Origin: Alphaproteobacteria bacterium
GTDB lineage: Bacteria; Pseudomonadota; Alphaproteobacteria; RF32; CAG-239
DNA: 64,000 bases
NCBI GenBank assembly: GCA_045632645.1
Contig: JAZQXC010000012.1
Location: 16,966-80,965, forward strand
Direction of reading: 5' to 3'
Shown: positions 35,502-45,174 of the stretch, in pieces
Numbering within the stretch: the first letter of the stretch is position 1
Layout: each line of letters starts with the position of its first letter
The notes under the pieces: model-generated
What the model was told of the DNA's origin: nothing
What the model saw: only the letters and a program-made list of their open reading frames with translations
Databases searched by the model: none
Position numbers and translations under genes: made by a program

Positions 35502-35903
35502 ATGAAAAAGGTTATTTTCTTTTTATTTCTTTTAGTTCCTGCTATTTCTTTTGCTGATATGAGTTGCAAAACAAACTCTATTGGAATAACAAGATGTAAT
35601 GGTGATAACAATAGACATATTGTTGGTAGAAATACTTTTAACGGAAATTCTATTTATACTGATAATTATGGAAGAACAGTTAATAAGCGCACAAACTCAC
35701 TTGGTGTTACCACATATAGTGACAATGAAGGAAATGTAACTAGTGCAAGGACAAACTCTCTTGGTGTTACGACTTATCAAGATAATAATGGAAATACATG
35801 GAAATCAAGAACAAACTCTCTTGGGTGGACTATTTTTCAAGACAACAATGGAAATACTACAAGATGTAAAACTAACTCACTTGGTGTTACAAGATGTAAT
35901 TAA
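35502..35903 (+). CDS. Secreted tandem-repeat protein (TNSLGVTTYxDNxGN units)
   Basis: The signal peptide is MKKVIFFLFLLVPAISFA. It is followed by about 5.5 copies of a 20-aa unit, and the first and last half-units carry Cys (TRCN). Confidence 0.65.
   Translation: MKKVIFFLFLLVPAISFADMSCKTNSIGITRCNGDNNRHIVGRNTFNGNSIYTDNYGRTVNKRTNSLGVTTYSDNEGNVTSARTNSLGVTTYQDNNGNTWKSRTNSLGWTIFQDNNGNTTRCKTNSLGVTRCN
35571..35900 (+). repeat. In-frame 60-nt tandem repeats (three near-identical units 35691-35750, 35751-35810, 35811-35870; degenerate or half units at both ends)
   Basis: Each unit starts ACAAACTC(A/T)CTTGG(T/G)... and encodes RTNSLG(V/W)T. Confidence 0.85.
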
Positions 35904-36152
35904 AAATAGGTCATGGTGCTTAAATTTTTTTTAGCATATTGCTCAATATCTTTTTTTCATTTCATTTTTTTCTTTTAATGAGATTTTGCACGTTTTTCAG
36001 CTTTTTTTATGTACTTTCTAGATTTGCATGCAATAAATTGCAATCTCTTTCAGGCTTCTATTCTAGTTTTCTAATATTACTTCCACACTAATTTAAGTTT
36101 TAAAATTGTATTTTTCGATATAATTTTATCATATTAATTATTTTGGGTGATA

Positions 36153-36638
36153 TTATCTTTTATTTTTAAAAAAATCTTTTAATAGCTTGGAGGTTTCCTC
36201 ACATTTTATACCGGATATTACTTCGGGTTTATGAAAACAGCTTGGTTGATTAAAGAATTTTACACCACTTTCTACCCCTCCTCCTTTAGGATTTGGAGCT
36301 CCATACACTAGCTTTTTTATTCTCATCATAGATATTGCTGTTGCACACATTGTGCATGGCTCTATTGTTACATACAATGTACAATCCCATAGTCTTTTTT
36401 GCTTTAAGATGGTAGATGCTTTATTCATAACCTTTATTTCAGCGTGTTCCAATGCGTTTTTACCATGTTCTGCTCTGTTATAAGCTTTGGCTATTATTTT
36501 ATTATCTAACACTAAAACAGCACCTATTGGCACTTCGTCCCGTTTATAGGCTTTGATTGCCTCTTTTATGGCTAAATCCATAAAATATTCATCTGATAAA
36601 GGTTTAATTTTATCCATTAAGCTTTTTCTTTTCTTCAT
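36153..36638 (-). CDS. tadA: tRNA-specific adenosine-34 deaminase
   Basis: It has the CDA zinc motifs HAEIKVM and PCTMCATAI and is of typical size. An alternative start at 36617 would reduce the overlap with the upstream gene. Confidence 0.9.
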   Translation of the reverse strand: MKKRKSLMDKIKPLSDEYFMDLAIKEAIKAYKRDEVPIGAVLVLDNKIIAKAYNRAEHGKNALEHAEIKVMNKASTILKQKRLWDCTLYVTIEPCTMCATAISMMRIKKLVYGAPNPKGGGVESGVKFFNQPSCFHKPEVISGIKCEETSKLLKDFFKNKR

Positions 36639-37461
36639 TTTTCTTTAATATTTCAAGATTGCGCTCTGTTGAAATTTTTTCTAAAATTGTTTTTACAACA
36701 GTATCAATTGCTGTTCCTTCAGAATAATCAGCAGGCAAGGCAAAATTTACACGCTTATCTTTTAATAATTTGATTGCTTTTTCTTTTTGTGGACTCTTTG
36801 GTTTATATACAGCAATAGCGTTACCACCTCTTGTTTTAACAAGCTTCATTGATGGAATATCTGTCATCCCGTCACCAAAGTAGATAATTCTAGGAAATGG
36901 TATGCGACGTTTTTCATCTTCCATATATTCATTTACTAGCTTATCATCTAGCTTCCCTAAACCTTTGTTTATTTTAGATAAATATTGCACTTTAGTTGAG
37001 TAGTTTACAACTCTTGCAGGCCAAACAGGTGTTCCATCTTCGCCAAATGCATAACTACAACCAAATACGTCTTTACAATATTTGCAAATTGATGCACCTT
37101 GCAATATTTCTTCATATCCTGATGATATAATATAGTGCTCTATTTGAAGACCTAGTTTTTTACCATATTCATTGATACGTTCAAACCACTCTTCCACACC
37201 TTTGTAATATTTTACAAGTGTTCCACAATATCTAAAGTTTTCTCTTGTTAGCTTAATACCCTTTTCTTTAGCTGTTTTCATAAAGTAATACATGCTGCCA
37301 GTTATTTGGTCTGCACAATTATCAATAGACCATTGGTTGGCTTTTTTCCAAAAGTTTTTGGGACTCATACCTAATTCTGGTATTAAAACATAGTCTTGCA
37401 TATATGTTGTAGATAGGGTTTCATCAAAGTCATATACAAGTGCAACAATTGTATTTTTCAT
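36610..37461 (-). CDS. HAD-superfamily hydrolase
   Basis: Motif I is LVYDFDETLS (DxDxT) and motif IV is YFGDGMTDIPSMK. The ATG at 37461 follows the SD GGAG. Confidence 0.7.
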   Translation of the reverse strand: MKNTIVALVYDFDETLSTTYMQDYVLIPELGMSPKNFWKKANQWSIDNCADQITGSMYYFMKTAKEKGIKLTRENFRYCGTLVKYYKGVEEWFERINEYGKKLGLQIEHYIISSGYEEILQGASICKYCKDVFGCSYAFGEDGTPVWPARVVNYSTKVQYLSKINKGLGKLDDKLVNEYMEDEKRRIPFPRIIYFGDGMTDIPSMKLVKTRGGNAIAVYKPKSPQKEKAIKLLKDKRVNFALPADYSEGTAIDTVVKTILEKISTERNLEILKKNEEKKKLNG

Positions 37462-37507
37462 ATCATCTCCACTCCTCAAATAAAATAAGCAATTAAAATA
37501 TTATATA

Positions 37508-37888
37508 TTATTGATTATTTTCTTTTTGATTACAATTTCCGATTAGCACTGCGCCTGGTTCAATAGCGATTGTTTTATATACAGAATCACCAATAAATTT
37601 AGCGCTTGATGCTATTGATAAATTTTCTACAACTAATGAACCATTAAGCTCGCCAAATAGTTCTAGAGTTTTAGCATTAATTTTACCGAGTACCGTTCCG
37701 GTTGGGCCGATAATTAACTCTTTGCAACTAATATCGCCTTCAAGCTTACCGTCTACATGGATTATATCTCCATCTGTTATATTACCAACAACCTTGGTTC
37801 CTGCGCTAATGATACATGGAACAATATTCTTTTCACCACGCATAAGCCTTGCAAGCTTTAAGAATAATACTCGTCTTAATTTTCTCAT
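37508..37888 (-). CDS. Bactofilin-family cytoskeletal protein
   Basis: It has a DUF583-like beta-helical repeat: GTKVVGNITDGDIIHVDGKLEGDISCKELIIGPTGTVLGKINAKTLELFGELNGSLVVENLSIASSAKFIGD. Confidence 0.8.
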   Translation of the reverse strand: MRKLRRVLFLKLARLMRGEKNIVPCIISAGTKVVGNITDGDIIHVDGKLEGDISCKELIIGPTGTVLGKINAKTLELFGELNGSLVVENLSIASSAKFIGDSVYKTIAIEPGAVLIGNCNQKENNQ

Positions 37889-37901
37889 CTTTAATTCTCC
37901 T

Positions 37902-39131
37902 TTATTTTGCTTTCATAAAGACCATTGGATCCATTGGTACTCCCTCATATAATACTTCATAGTGCAAATGAGGGCCTGTTGAACGTCCGGTTGAACCAAC
38001 CTCACCTATTGCTTGGTTTGCTTCAACTTTTTTGCCTTTATTTACATATATTGCGTTTAGATGCGCATATTTTGTTTTAAAACCATTACCATGATCTATT
38101 TCGACAACCTTTCCGTATCCAGTTGCCCAGCCTGATTTAGTGACAATACCTTCTGCCATTGTTCTTACTTTATTTCCTTTGTTTGACGCAAGGTCTATAC
38201 CTTTGTGCTTTGCACTTTTGGAATTGAATGGGTCGGTACGTTTACCAAAATGAGATGATACCCAATATGACCATACTGGTTTTCCAAGTGGGACTTTTTT
38301 CATCACTTCATTATAATATACGTTATCATCTACTGTTTTAAATGTTTTAGATATTTGGCTTGCAAAATCTTCATTGTTATTAATAGCTAGACTATCTGGA
38401 ACATATACTCCACCTTTGTTGTCTTTTTTTGAGTTTGCAAGTGGATTAAAATATTTACCACGCTTTTTTAATTCATTATTTACGGTGGTTATTGAAGATT
38501 TTATTTTATCTATCTCTTTGCCAGATAATGTTTCCATTCTTTTTAGAATATCTAGCTCAAATGATTGAAGCGAGGTTATTATTTCTTCTAGATGTTTTAT
38601 TTTTTCTTCTAGTAATTTCTTTTCTTCTATAGCTAAATCTTTGTGTAATAATGCATTACGTAGTGCGTGTTTTTCATCAACTTCTTTTTCGTCTATCCAG
38701 TCTTCTCTGGCTGATATTTTCTTTATCTTTTCTTCTATAACTTGTGCTTTTTTGATATATTCATCAATACTATCTGCGTTATCGCTAGCTTTTCCAATGT
38801 TTTCTACCAAGCCTGTTATGTTTTTATGAACAGTAACAAAGTCACTCATTAAGTCAACATAAGCATCTCTTGTTTCATCTAATTTTTGTTCTTGATATGT
38901 GATAATTTTGTCTGATACGCTATACATTTGATAAGAATACCCAGTCCACAAACCAACAATTATCATTGAAATAAAAACTCCCCATTGTAATTTTGATGAG
39001 AGCTTAAATATTTTCATACGGCCATTTGAACGGATAATAAATTCCTTTTCAGAAAATAGCTTAGTACTTTCTGTTGGCTGATAATTGGTTATTGGGCGCC
39101 TTTTGAGGCGTTTTTTATATCTCTTTATCAA
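37902..39131 (-). CDS. M23 (LytM-type) metallopeptidase with N-terminal cytoplasmic tail, TM anchor and coiled-coil
   Basis: HKGIDLA...GYGKVVEIDHGNGFKTKYAHL...GEVGSTGRSTGPHLHYEV is the M23 pattern. The TM segment is WGVFISMIIVGLWTGY. Confidence 0.9.
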   Translation of the reverse strand: MIKRYKKRLKRRPITNYQPTESTKLFSEKEFIIRSNGRMKIFKLSSKLQWGVFISMIIVGLWTGYSYQMYSVSDKIITYQEQKLDETRDAYVDLMSDFVTVHKNITGLVENIGKASDNADSIDEYIKKAQVIEEKIKKISAREDWIDEKEVDEKHALRNALLHKDLAIEEKKLLEEKIKHLEEIITSLQSFELDILKRMETLSGKEIDKIKSSITTVNNELKKRGKYFNPLANSKKDNKGGVYVPDSLAINNNEDFASQISKTFKTVDDNVYYNEVMKKVPLGKPVWSYWVSSHFGKRTDPFNSKSAKHKGIDLASNKGNKVRTMAEGIVTKSGWATGYGKVVEIDHGNGFKTKYAHLNAIYVNKGKKVEANQAIGEVGSTGRSTGPHLHYEVLYEGVPMDPMVFMKAK

Positions 39132-39223
39132 TTATAGTTCCTATAAAATAAACAAAGATTACATTCTATAATAAAATGCATCTTTAGTTTAATAACAGAA
39201 AAATTATAAATTACAATTAAAAT

Positions 39224-39550
39224 TTAGCGCTTATCAATATCTTTATCTAAAATGATATATTCGTTATTACCTACCATATTTAATACAATTCTTGCTCTTT
39301 CTTCTAAATAATCTAAATCAAGAGACTCTTCTGATAACATGGATACTTTGTACTCTAAATCTTTTTTGATTGATTGATATCTTGCTCTTTCTTGTTCTGC
39401 TTGCTCTACTTTATTTTTTAGGTACATATATTTAAATATACCTCTATCGCCTTTGATAGCGTTGATTGTAAAATAAAAAGAAAATACACCTAATACAATA
39501 AACAAACCTGACTTTTTTATTTTTTCAAAAAAATTATTAAATGTTTCCAT
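39224..39550 (-). CDS. ftsB: Septum-formation initiator FtsB/DivIC-family protein
   Basis: 108 aa with an N-terminal TM segment and then GDRGIFKYMYLKNKVEQAEQERARYQ, a leucine-zipper-like coiled coil. Confidence 0.7.
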   Translation of the reverse strand: METFNNFFEKIKKSGLFIVLGVFSFYFTINAIKGDRGIFKYMYLKNKVEQAEQERARYQSIKKDLEYKVSMLSEESLDLDYLEERARIVLNMVGNNEYIILDKDIDKR

Positions 39551-39706
39551 TGTGATGTTTTTCCTAATACTGTTACCTTAATGCCCTATTAGATACATAC
39601 TTTGGTTAATTTTTAGTATAATAATAAACTTTTTTTGTTTTTTTGCATCTTTAAAAAAACTGAAAATATATTAGATATTACAACAGCTTAAAGAAGGTAT
39701 TGTATA

Positions 39707-40573
39707 ATGGATTGGATTTTATTTAGTTTTATTTATGCTATTTTTAATGCAATATATGTTAATTATAATGAAAAACACCATTTTAATGGATACGTTTTAG
39801 GAATCGTTCGTGGATTTGGTATTTCTTTTTTGTTATTTCCTCTTATATTTACTACAAATATGAATTTAAGTCTTAATATGTTTTTAATTCTTGTTTTCCA
39901 AGGTGTTTTAATTGGTTTTTATGATAGTCATATCTTTTTTGCTTCATCTATTTATGGTGGACATACAACATCTGGATTTATGTCGCTTTCTGTTATAATA
40001 ACCCTTATTTTATGGTGGAGTATTAGATTTAATGATTTAGAAGAACTACTAAATGAAGAGCATAGAATTTTATCCTTGTGTCTTATTGTGGCAGGAATTA
40101 CTATTTCTTATTGGCAAATGATGAAAGTACATATAGTAAAGAAAGCAGAAAGTTATCTTTATTCTTCTGTTTTTGCTCTTGCTTTTATGAGTATTACGAC
40201 TAGATATATTGCCCTTTTTAATACTAATATATATGATGGAATCATTTATTATCTTGTGGTATCTTGTTTTGTTAGTGGTGTATATAACTATATAATGTAT
40301 TTAATTGATTTATTTTATTTAAAATCTCAAAATAAAACAAAAAATATACCTTTTATATCTCAAATTTGGGTTGTTATTTTTAGTATGATTTTAATTGCTG
40401 CAAAATCTATTGCATTAAGAGAGGCCTACAACCCGTGTTATGTGGTGGCGTTACTTCTTATCTCTCCTCTTTTAGCTGACTTAATAAAATATAAGCGTAT
40501 TAATCTTAACTACAACACTTTTATTTTTTTAAGTTTTTTAGTTTTGTTAATATTATTTAGCACTAATAATTAA
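39707..40573 (+). CDS. Hypothetical polytopic membrane protein (possible EamA/DMT-like)
   Basis: 288 aa, about 9-10 hydrophobic segments. No motif recognised. Confidence 0.4.
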   Translation: MDWILFSFIYAIFNAIYVNYNEKHHFNGYVLGIVRGFGISFLLFPLIFTTNMNLSLNMFLILVFQGVLIGFYDSHIFFASSIYGGHTTSGFMSLSVIITLILWWSIRFNDLEELLNEEHRILSLCLIVAGITISYWQMMKVHIVKKAESYLYSSVFALAFMSITTRYIALFNTNIYDGIIYYLVVSCFVSGVYNYIMYLIDLFYLKSQNKTKNIPFISQIWVVIFSMILIAAKSIALREAYNPCYVVALLLISPLLADLIKYKRINLNYNTFIFLSFLVLLILFSTNN

Positions 40574-41280
40574 TCTTCTTTTATTGAGCTTGTAATTGCT
40601 CCCAAAAGAGATATTAGATACTCTTTACTATTAAGCGATAACGTTTTCTCATCATCTTTTTTTAGCTTAGGCAATATCTTAAGTGGTGTAACTAATCTAT
40701 ATAAACTAGAAACCTCTGTTTTCCCTTTATAATTACTGCCTATTGGGGAATTATATATATTTACAGGAAACCCCTCTTTATCAGAGATTTTATTCATCAT
40801 TTTTATTATTTTATCATTTACTTTGTTAGAGTTATCTGATGCAAAGAAGAAGCTTTTAAATACTTTGGGATGAGCTTGCCAGTATGCTCTTGTTACTTCT
40901 AATAAATTAACAGTGTCACCTAAATCAGGGTGGTAGGCATGAGGTGATGTCTTTTGAATTTCTTTATTTGCTGATAGATGTATTACATGTTCTATTTCTA
41001 TATTATTACTATCGGCTGATGAGAAAATGGAAGCAAGAAATGATATATCACTTAAATCGCCAAAACAAAACTGAATATCGTGTTTTGAAAACGATTTATT
41101 AGTCACAGGAAGAGCTGTATTAACTTTAATATTATGTGTTTTTAAGACATCTGGTGAAAAAATATCATCAACCTCGCCTAGTGCTAAAACTTTTTTGCCA
41201 TTTGCAACGAGTTTTAATAAAACTTGTTGCCCTATTTTACCTGCGGCTCCTGTTACTAAACAAACTTTTTGTGAACTCAT
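40570..41280 (-). CDS. NAD(P)-binding Rossmann-fold protein (epimerase/SDR-like)
   Basis: It has the VCLVTGAAGKIGQQV glycine-rich loop. The ATG at 41280 follows the SD GAGGTGG. Confidence 0.55.
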   Translation of the reverse strand: MSSQKVCLVTGAAGKIGQQVLLKLVANGKKVLALGEVDDIFSPDVLKTHNIKVNTALPVTNKSFSKHDIQFCFGDLSDISFLASIFSSADSNNIEIEHVIHLSANKEIQKTSPHAYHPDLGDTVNLLEVTRAYWQAHPKVFKSFFFASDNSNKVNDKIIKMMNKISDKEGFPVNIYNSPIGSNYKGKTEVSSLYRLVTPLKILPKLKKDDEKTLSLNSKEYLISLLGAITSSIKED

Positions 41281-41362
41281 ATTCCACCTCATTACTTTAT
41301 ACTTGTTATATGGTGGAACTAAATTCATTTTTTGTCAATTATTTTTTATTGTTTTGTTATGT

Positions 41363-42031
41363 TTAAATTAACTCAAACATCTCTTTACCTACCCCACACA
41401 GAGGACAGCGCCAATCATCACTTAAATCTTCAAAAGCAATATTACCGTCATATTCATAATGACATATTGTGCAGGTCCATTTTTTATTTATATCTAAAGT
41501 TTTTGAGCCTTTTTCACGTGGTGCTGTTTTTAATTTACATATTGTATTTTCATTAAATGCTTGATAACACAATGGTTTTAAGACTTCTCTATAATGTTTA
41601 TATGTTAAAGGAGAGCCTTCTTTTATATCGTAGCTTTCGATTATTTCTGCAATAAAAAGTGTGTTATGAGGATAAACTATTTTATTTTCAACTTTAGCTC
41701 TTAGTTTTGCTATTGCATTATCGATATACGGCAAGCCTTTTATTTCTTTATATTCTATTTGCTCCCATTTTTTTATATTTTGACCACTTTGAAAACCAAA
41801 GTTTGCAATAATGAATGGCTCTGTTTCTTTTGATAACACACTTATTGAAAATTCTTTTGTTTTATCAATACATGATTTTGTATGAGAATGATTCATCATT
41901 GATAGCATAACAAGTGGAGGATTTGCTGAAATTTGTGTCAAAGCATCAACTAGTGATCCTGCATAATGTGGTTTATTGCATGCACCGATTATATATAATC
42001 CATTTGTAAATGTGTATAATGCCTCTTGCAT
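41363..42031 (-). CDS. Flavin-reductase-domain protein fused to a C-terminal rubredoxin
   Basis: The N-terminal [10 protein letters not shown]...[20 protein letters not shown] resembles a flavin reductase domain. The C-terminal [10 protein letters not shown]...[15 protein letters not shown] supplies the two rubredoxin CxxC knuckles. Confidence 0.7.
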   Translation of the reverse strand: MQEALYTFTNGLYIIGACNKPHYAGSLVDALTQISANPPLVMLSMMNHSHTKSCIDKTKEFSISVLSKETEPFIIANFGFQSGQNIKKWEQIEYKEIKGLPYIDNAIAKLRAKVENKIVYPHNTLFIAEIIESYDIKEGSPLTYKHYREVLKPLCYQAFNENTICKLKTAPREKGSKTLDINKKWTCTICHYEYDGNIAFEDLSDDWRCPLCGVGKEMFELI

Positions 42032-42174
42032 ATTTCCTCCTTTGTTATGGTTTTAAATAAGAATAGTTTTTCTTGTTTCAAGCTTTTAATTAAAGTGTTA
42101 TAATTTTTTAAAATTATATTTACTTTATTTTAGATTAAGCTACCCTTTATTTATTATTAGATAGGAGTTGTTTT

Positions 42175-42909
42175 ATGAAAAGAATCTTCGTTTTATTGGC
42201 TTTTTTTGTTTTTCTTAGTGCTTGTCATGTTGGGCAACTAACTACGCTTTATACAGATAAAACATCTTATGAAAAAGATGGAGTTAGATATGATGCTCAT
42301 GACAAACCAATCACGGGGGTTTATCATTTATATTCTAAAACAATGAGACTAAAAGAAGAAAGACATTATGTTAATGGTTTAATAAATGGTATATACCTTG
42401 TTTATAATAACAAAGGAAAGATTGTGCTTAACGCTCAATATATAGACGGACTTCCACATGGTAAAGTTGTTTTGTATTTTGATAATGGAAAAGAACAAGA
42501 AGTTAGTTATTACGATAAAGGTAAACTTGTTGGAGGTCGGATTTTTTATTATAAAAATGGCAATATATTAAGAAAAGAAAGCTATAAAAAAGGTAAAAAG
42601 AATGGTGTTATTGAGGAATATTTTGACACAGGAGCTGTTAAATATTCTATTACATTTAGCAAAGGGGTGCAAAATGGACCAGCAAGATTTTATACAAAAG
42701 CTAATAATCTAACTAGTTATTCTGAATTTGTTAAAGGTAAATGCAATGGTGACACACAAAGCTTTTATAAAGATGGAAAGCCTAAAGTTTTAGCAAAATG
42801 CTTAAATGGTAGATTACATGGTAAAGCTAAATACTTTGATAAAAAAGGAAATCTTACTAATATTATAACTTATGATATGGGTAATGAGATTAGTAATATA
42901 AAATTTTAA
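42175..42909 (+). CDS. MORN-variant (YwqK-like) repeat lipoprotein
   Basis: The lipobox is FVFLSAC. It carries repeated G..NG....Y..NGK units (YVNGLINGIYLVYNNKGK, IDGLPHGKVVLYFDNGK, KGKLVGGRIFYYKNGN, KGKKNGVIEEYFDTG...). Confidence 0.7.
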   Translation: MKRIFVLLAFFVFLSACHVGQLTTLYTDKTSYEKDGVRYDAHDKPITGVYHLYSKTMRLKEERHYVNGLINGIYLVYNNKGKIVLNAQYIDGLPHGKVVLYFDNGKEQEVSYYDKGKLVGGRIFYYKNGNILRKESYKKGKKNGVIEEYFDTGAVKYSITFSKGVQNGPARFYTKANNLTSYSEFVKGKCNGDTQSFYKDGKPKVLAKCLNGRLHGKAKYFDKKGNLTNIITYDMGNEISNIKF

Positions 42910-42974
42910 TAAGCTGTAATTTATACATTATAGCTTATTAATCTTATAGTTATTTTGTTATATTTATCTTAAAG

Positions 42975-43349
42975 TTAGTATATAGGATTTAACTTATTGA
43001 TTTTTGCTTTTAAATCAATATCTTTAAACTCTTCTATAAGGGTGTTACGATATTCTTCTGCCCAAGCAACCATTGATTCTATAACTGGTTTTAAGTTATA
43101 CCCAATAGCTGTTAAGGTATAGTCAACACGTGGAGGAATCTCTGCATAAACATGGCGAATTAGAATACCATTTTCTTCTAACATTCTAAGATTTGATGTT
43201 AAAACTTTTTGAGTTATATCGCCTAGCTCCTTTTTGAGCTCACCAAAACGTTTGGTACCATCCATCAAGCATTCTATAATTTGCATTTTCCAACGGTCAC
43301 CAAGCATTTTTATTGTTGTTTCTGCTAAATTTTTAGAAACATTTTCCAT
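42975..43349 (-). CDS. HxlR-family winged-helix transcriptional regulator
   Basis: LGDRWKMQIIECLMDGTKRFGELKKELGDITQKVLTSNLRMLEENGILIRHVYAEIPPRVDYTLT is the typical HxlR/DUF24 pattern. Confidence 0.85.
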   Translation of the reverse strand: MENVSKNLAETTIKMLGDRWKMQIIECLMDGTKRFGELKKELGDITQKVLTSNLRMLEENGILIRHVYAEIPPRVDYTLTAIGYNLKPVIESMVAWAEEYRNTLIEEFKDIDLKAKINKLNPIY

Positions 43350-43536
43350 TTTATTACCCTTATTTATGTTATTATAGTTTGTATTTAATATGATTTTTAT
43401 TTTATTGACAAGGATATTATCAATTTAATCAAAAGTTTTTTTAAGTGATTTATGTTGATATATTTAGTTAGATATTGAAGTATCAAGATATGTTTTGTAT
43501 CATCTTTTATGGATTTAGTATTTATAAGGTTTAGAT

Positions 43537-44169
43537 ATGAAAAAACTTTGTTATTCATCTGATTTATATTATATTAGAGTAAGCGACCTTTTGGCGCTTG
43601 ATGATGCCGAGGTAAATATTGGTAATAGTAAAGATTTAGAAGCTGGTATTTTAGTTAATAAAGATACATGTAAGCTTTGTTTTAATAGGGATTATCTTTT
43701 GCAAAAGGATAAAAATGATTTTGTTAAAACAAGAGTTTTTTATTATTCTTATCCTCTTTTTATTGGCTTTTTAATTAATTTTGTTAAGAAATTTAAGCGT
43801 AAATCTTGGGTTATGAATGATATGAGTTTTAGAGTTTTGTTTGATGAGCTTATAGATGCTAACTTAACAAGATGTGATAGAACTAGAGAAAATGCTTATG
43901 ATTGGACTAGCAAACGATGGAGAATGAGTCGTGAGCAGGCAAATAAGAGATATAATGATTTGTATAAATCATTAAAAGAGAATGGATATGATGAAAAATA
44001 TCCAATGATTGTTTTGATTAATAGAAAACTTGGTGTTAAAGATCAAATTTATCAAGGACATCACAGAATTGGTATATGTAAAGAGGTTGGGATTAAAGAG
44101 GTTAATATATGCTTTGGCTTAAACCCTATGTCGTTTGATTTTTTAAGACTATTTACTAAAAAAAGATAA
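43537..44169 (+). CDS. Hypothetical protein with C-terminal ParB/Srx-fold-like segment
   Basis: SLKENGYDEKYPMIVLINRKLGVKDQIYQGHHRIGICKEVGIKEVNI resembles the ParB N-terminal/sulfiredoxin pattern (...P..V......Y.I.DG.HR..A....G...I). Confidence 0.4.
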   Translation: MKKLCYSSDLYYIRVSDLLALDDAEVNIGNSKDLEAGILVNKDTCKLCFNRDYLLQKDKNDFVKTRVFYYSYPLFIGFLINFVKKFKRKSWVMNDMSFRVLFDELIDANLTRCDRTRENAYDWTSKRWRMSREQANKRYNDLYKSLKENGYDEKYPMIVLINRKLGVKDQIYQGHHRIGICKEVGIKEVNICFGLNPMSFDFLRLFTKKR

Positions 44170-44194
44170 AATATTTGTTTTAGATGATAAAATT

Positions 44195-44225
44195 AAAGCG
44201 CCTTAAGACAAAGGCGCTTTTTTAT
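44195..44225. terminator. Bidirectional terminator
   Basis: Perfect 9-bp stem AAGCGCCTT (44196-44204) / AAGGCGCTT (44211-44219), followed by a T-run, between convergent genes. Confidence 0.75.
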
Positions 44226-44237
44226 TAATTTAATTAT

Positions 44238-45104
44238 TTATTTTGAGCTTTCACCCATTTGTGTTCCCATTTTAACAATAGTTTCGGGCTTTAAGCCTTT
44301 TGCTAGTTTTACTTTTTTATTTTCAAACACACAAATTACAGTACTTCCTAGCATAAACTTGCCTAATTCTTGACCTTTTTCAATAACTATATTGTCTTTT
44401 GTATAGTCGTATATTGTTATTTCTTTTCCACATTTTGGAGCAACTGTTCCTGCAAATACTGTTGCAATACTTGCAACGATTGTTGCGCCTACTAATACAA
44501 CAGCAAAACGCCCTATTGTATCGTTATTAAAAAAGCAAATTACTCTTTCGTTTCTTGCAAAAAGATTATCTACATTGTTAGCAGTTAAAGGGTTTACAGA
44601 GAATAAATCACCAGGAACAAATACCATTTTTTCTAATTTACCAGTATATGGCATGTGCACTCTATGATAATCTTTAGGAGAAAGATAAATTGTTATAAAT
44701 GTTCCATTTTCAAATGATTTTGTATCGTTTGGATTTCCGCCTAATAGTTTTTCTAAGCTATAATAATGCCCTTTGGCTTGGAGCATTGCATCTTTATAAA
44801 TATCTCCTAATTGGCTAACAGCTCCATCCACAGGCATCGCTAATGATTTAGGTTCAGATATGATTGTTCTTGCTCCTTTTTTTAGTTCACGTGTGAAAAA
44901 CTCATTAAAAGTTTTGAATTTTGTAGTATCTTGTATTTTAGCTTCTTTCATATCTATTTGATAATGCTTTATAAACATATCAATTAGAAAGGTTGTAAAC
45001 TTGCCTAAAGGTTGTGAGGCTAAAGCGCCTACAGTGCGTGATAAAAACGTTTTTGGTAGAAAATATTGTACTTTTACTTTAAGATTGTCCGTAAATGAGG
45101 TCAT
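44238..45104 (-). CDS. psd: Phosphatidylserine decarboxylase proenzyme
   Basis: FFTRELK..AR, DYHRVHMP and the self-cleavage site FMLGSTVI (G-S-T) are present. Confidence 0.9.
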   Translation of the reverse strand: MTSFTDNLKVKVQYFLPKTFLSRTVGALASQPLGKFTTFLIDMFIKHYQIDMKEAKIQDTTKFKTFNEFFTRELKKGARTIISEPKSLAMPVDGAVSQLGDIYKDAMLQAKGHYYSLEKLLGGNPNDTKSFENGTFITIYLSPKDYHRVHMPYTGKLEKMVFVPGDLFSVNPLTANNVDNLFARNERVICFFNNDTIGRFAVVLVGATIVASIATVFAGTVAPKCGKEITIYDYTKDNIVIEKGQELGKFMLGSTVICVFENKKVKLAKGLKPETIVKMGTQMGESSK

Positions 45105-45174
45105 TTTATACTCCCTTTAATAATATTAGGATTGTAAAATAACAATTCTTGTCTTTAATGTCAATGAAATTAAA

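Noticed and set aside
35571-35900. Regular 60-nt direct repeats, checked as a possible CRISPR array.
   Set aside because: The repeats are contiguous with no spacers, in frame, and encode a 20-aa protein repeat downstream of a signal peptide.
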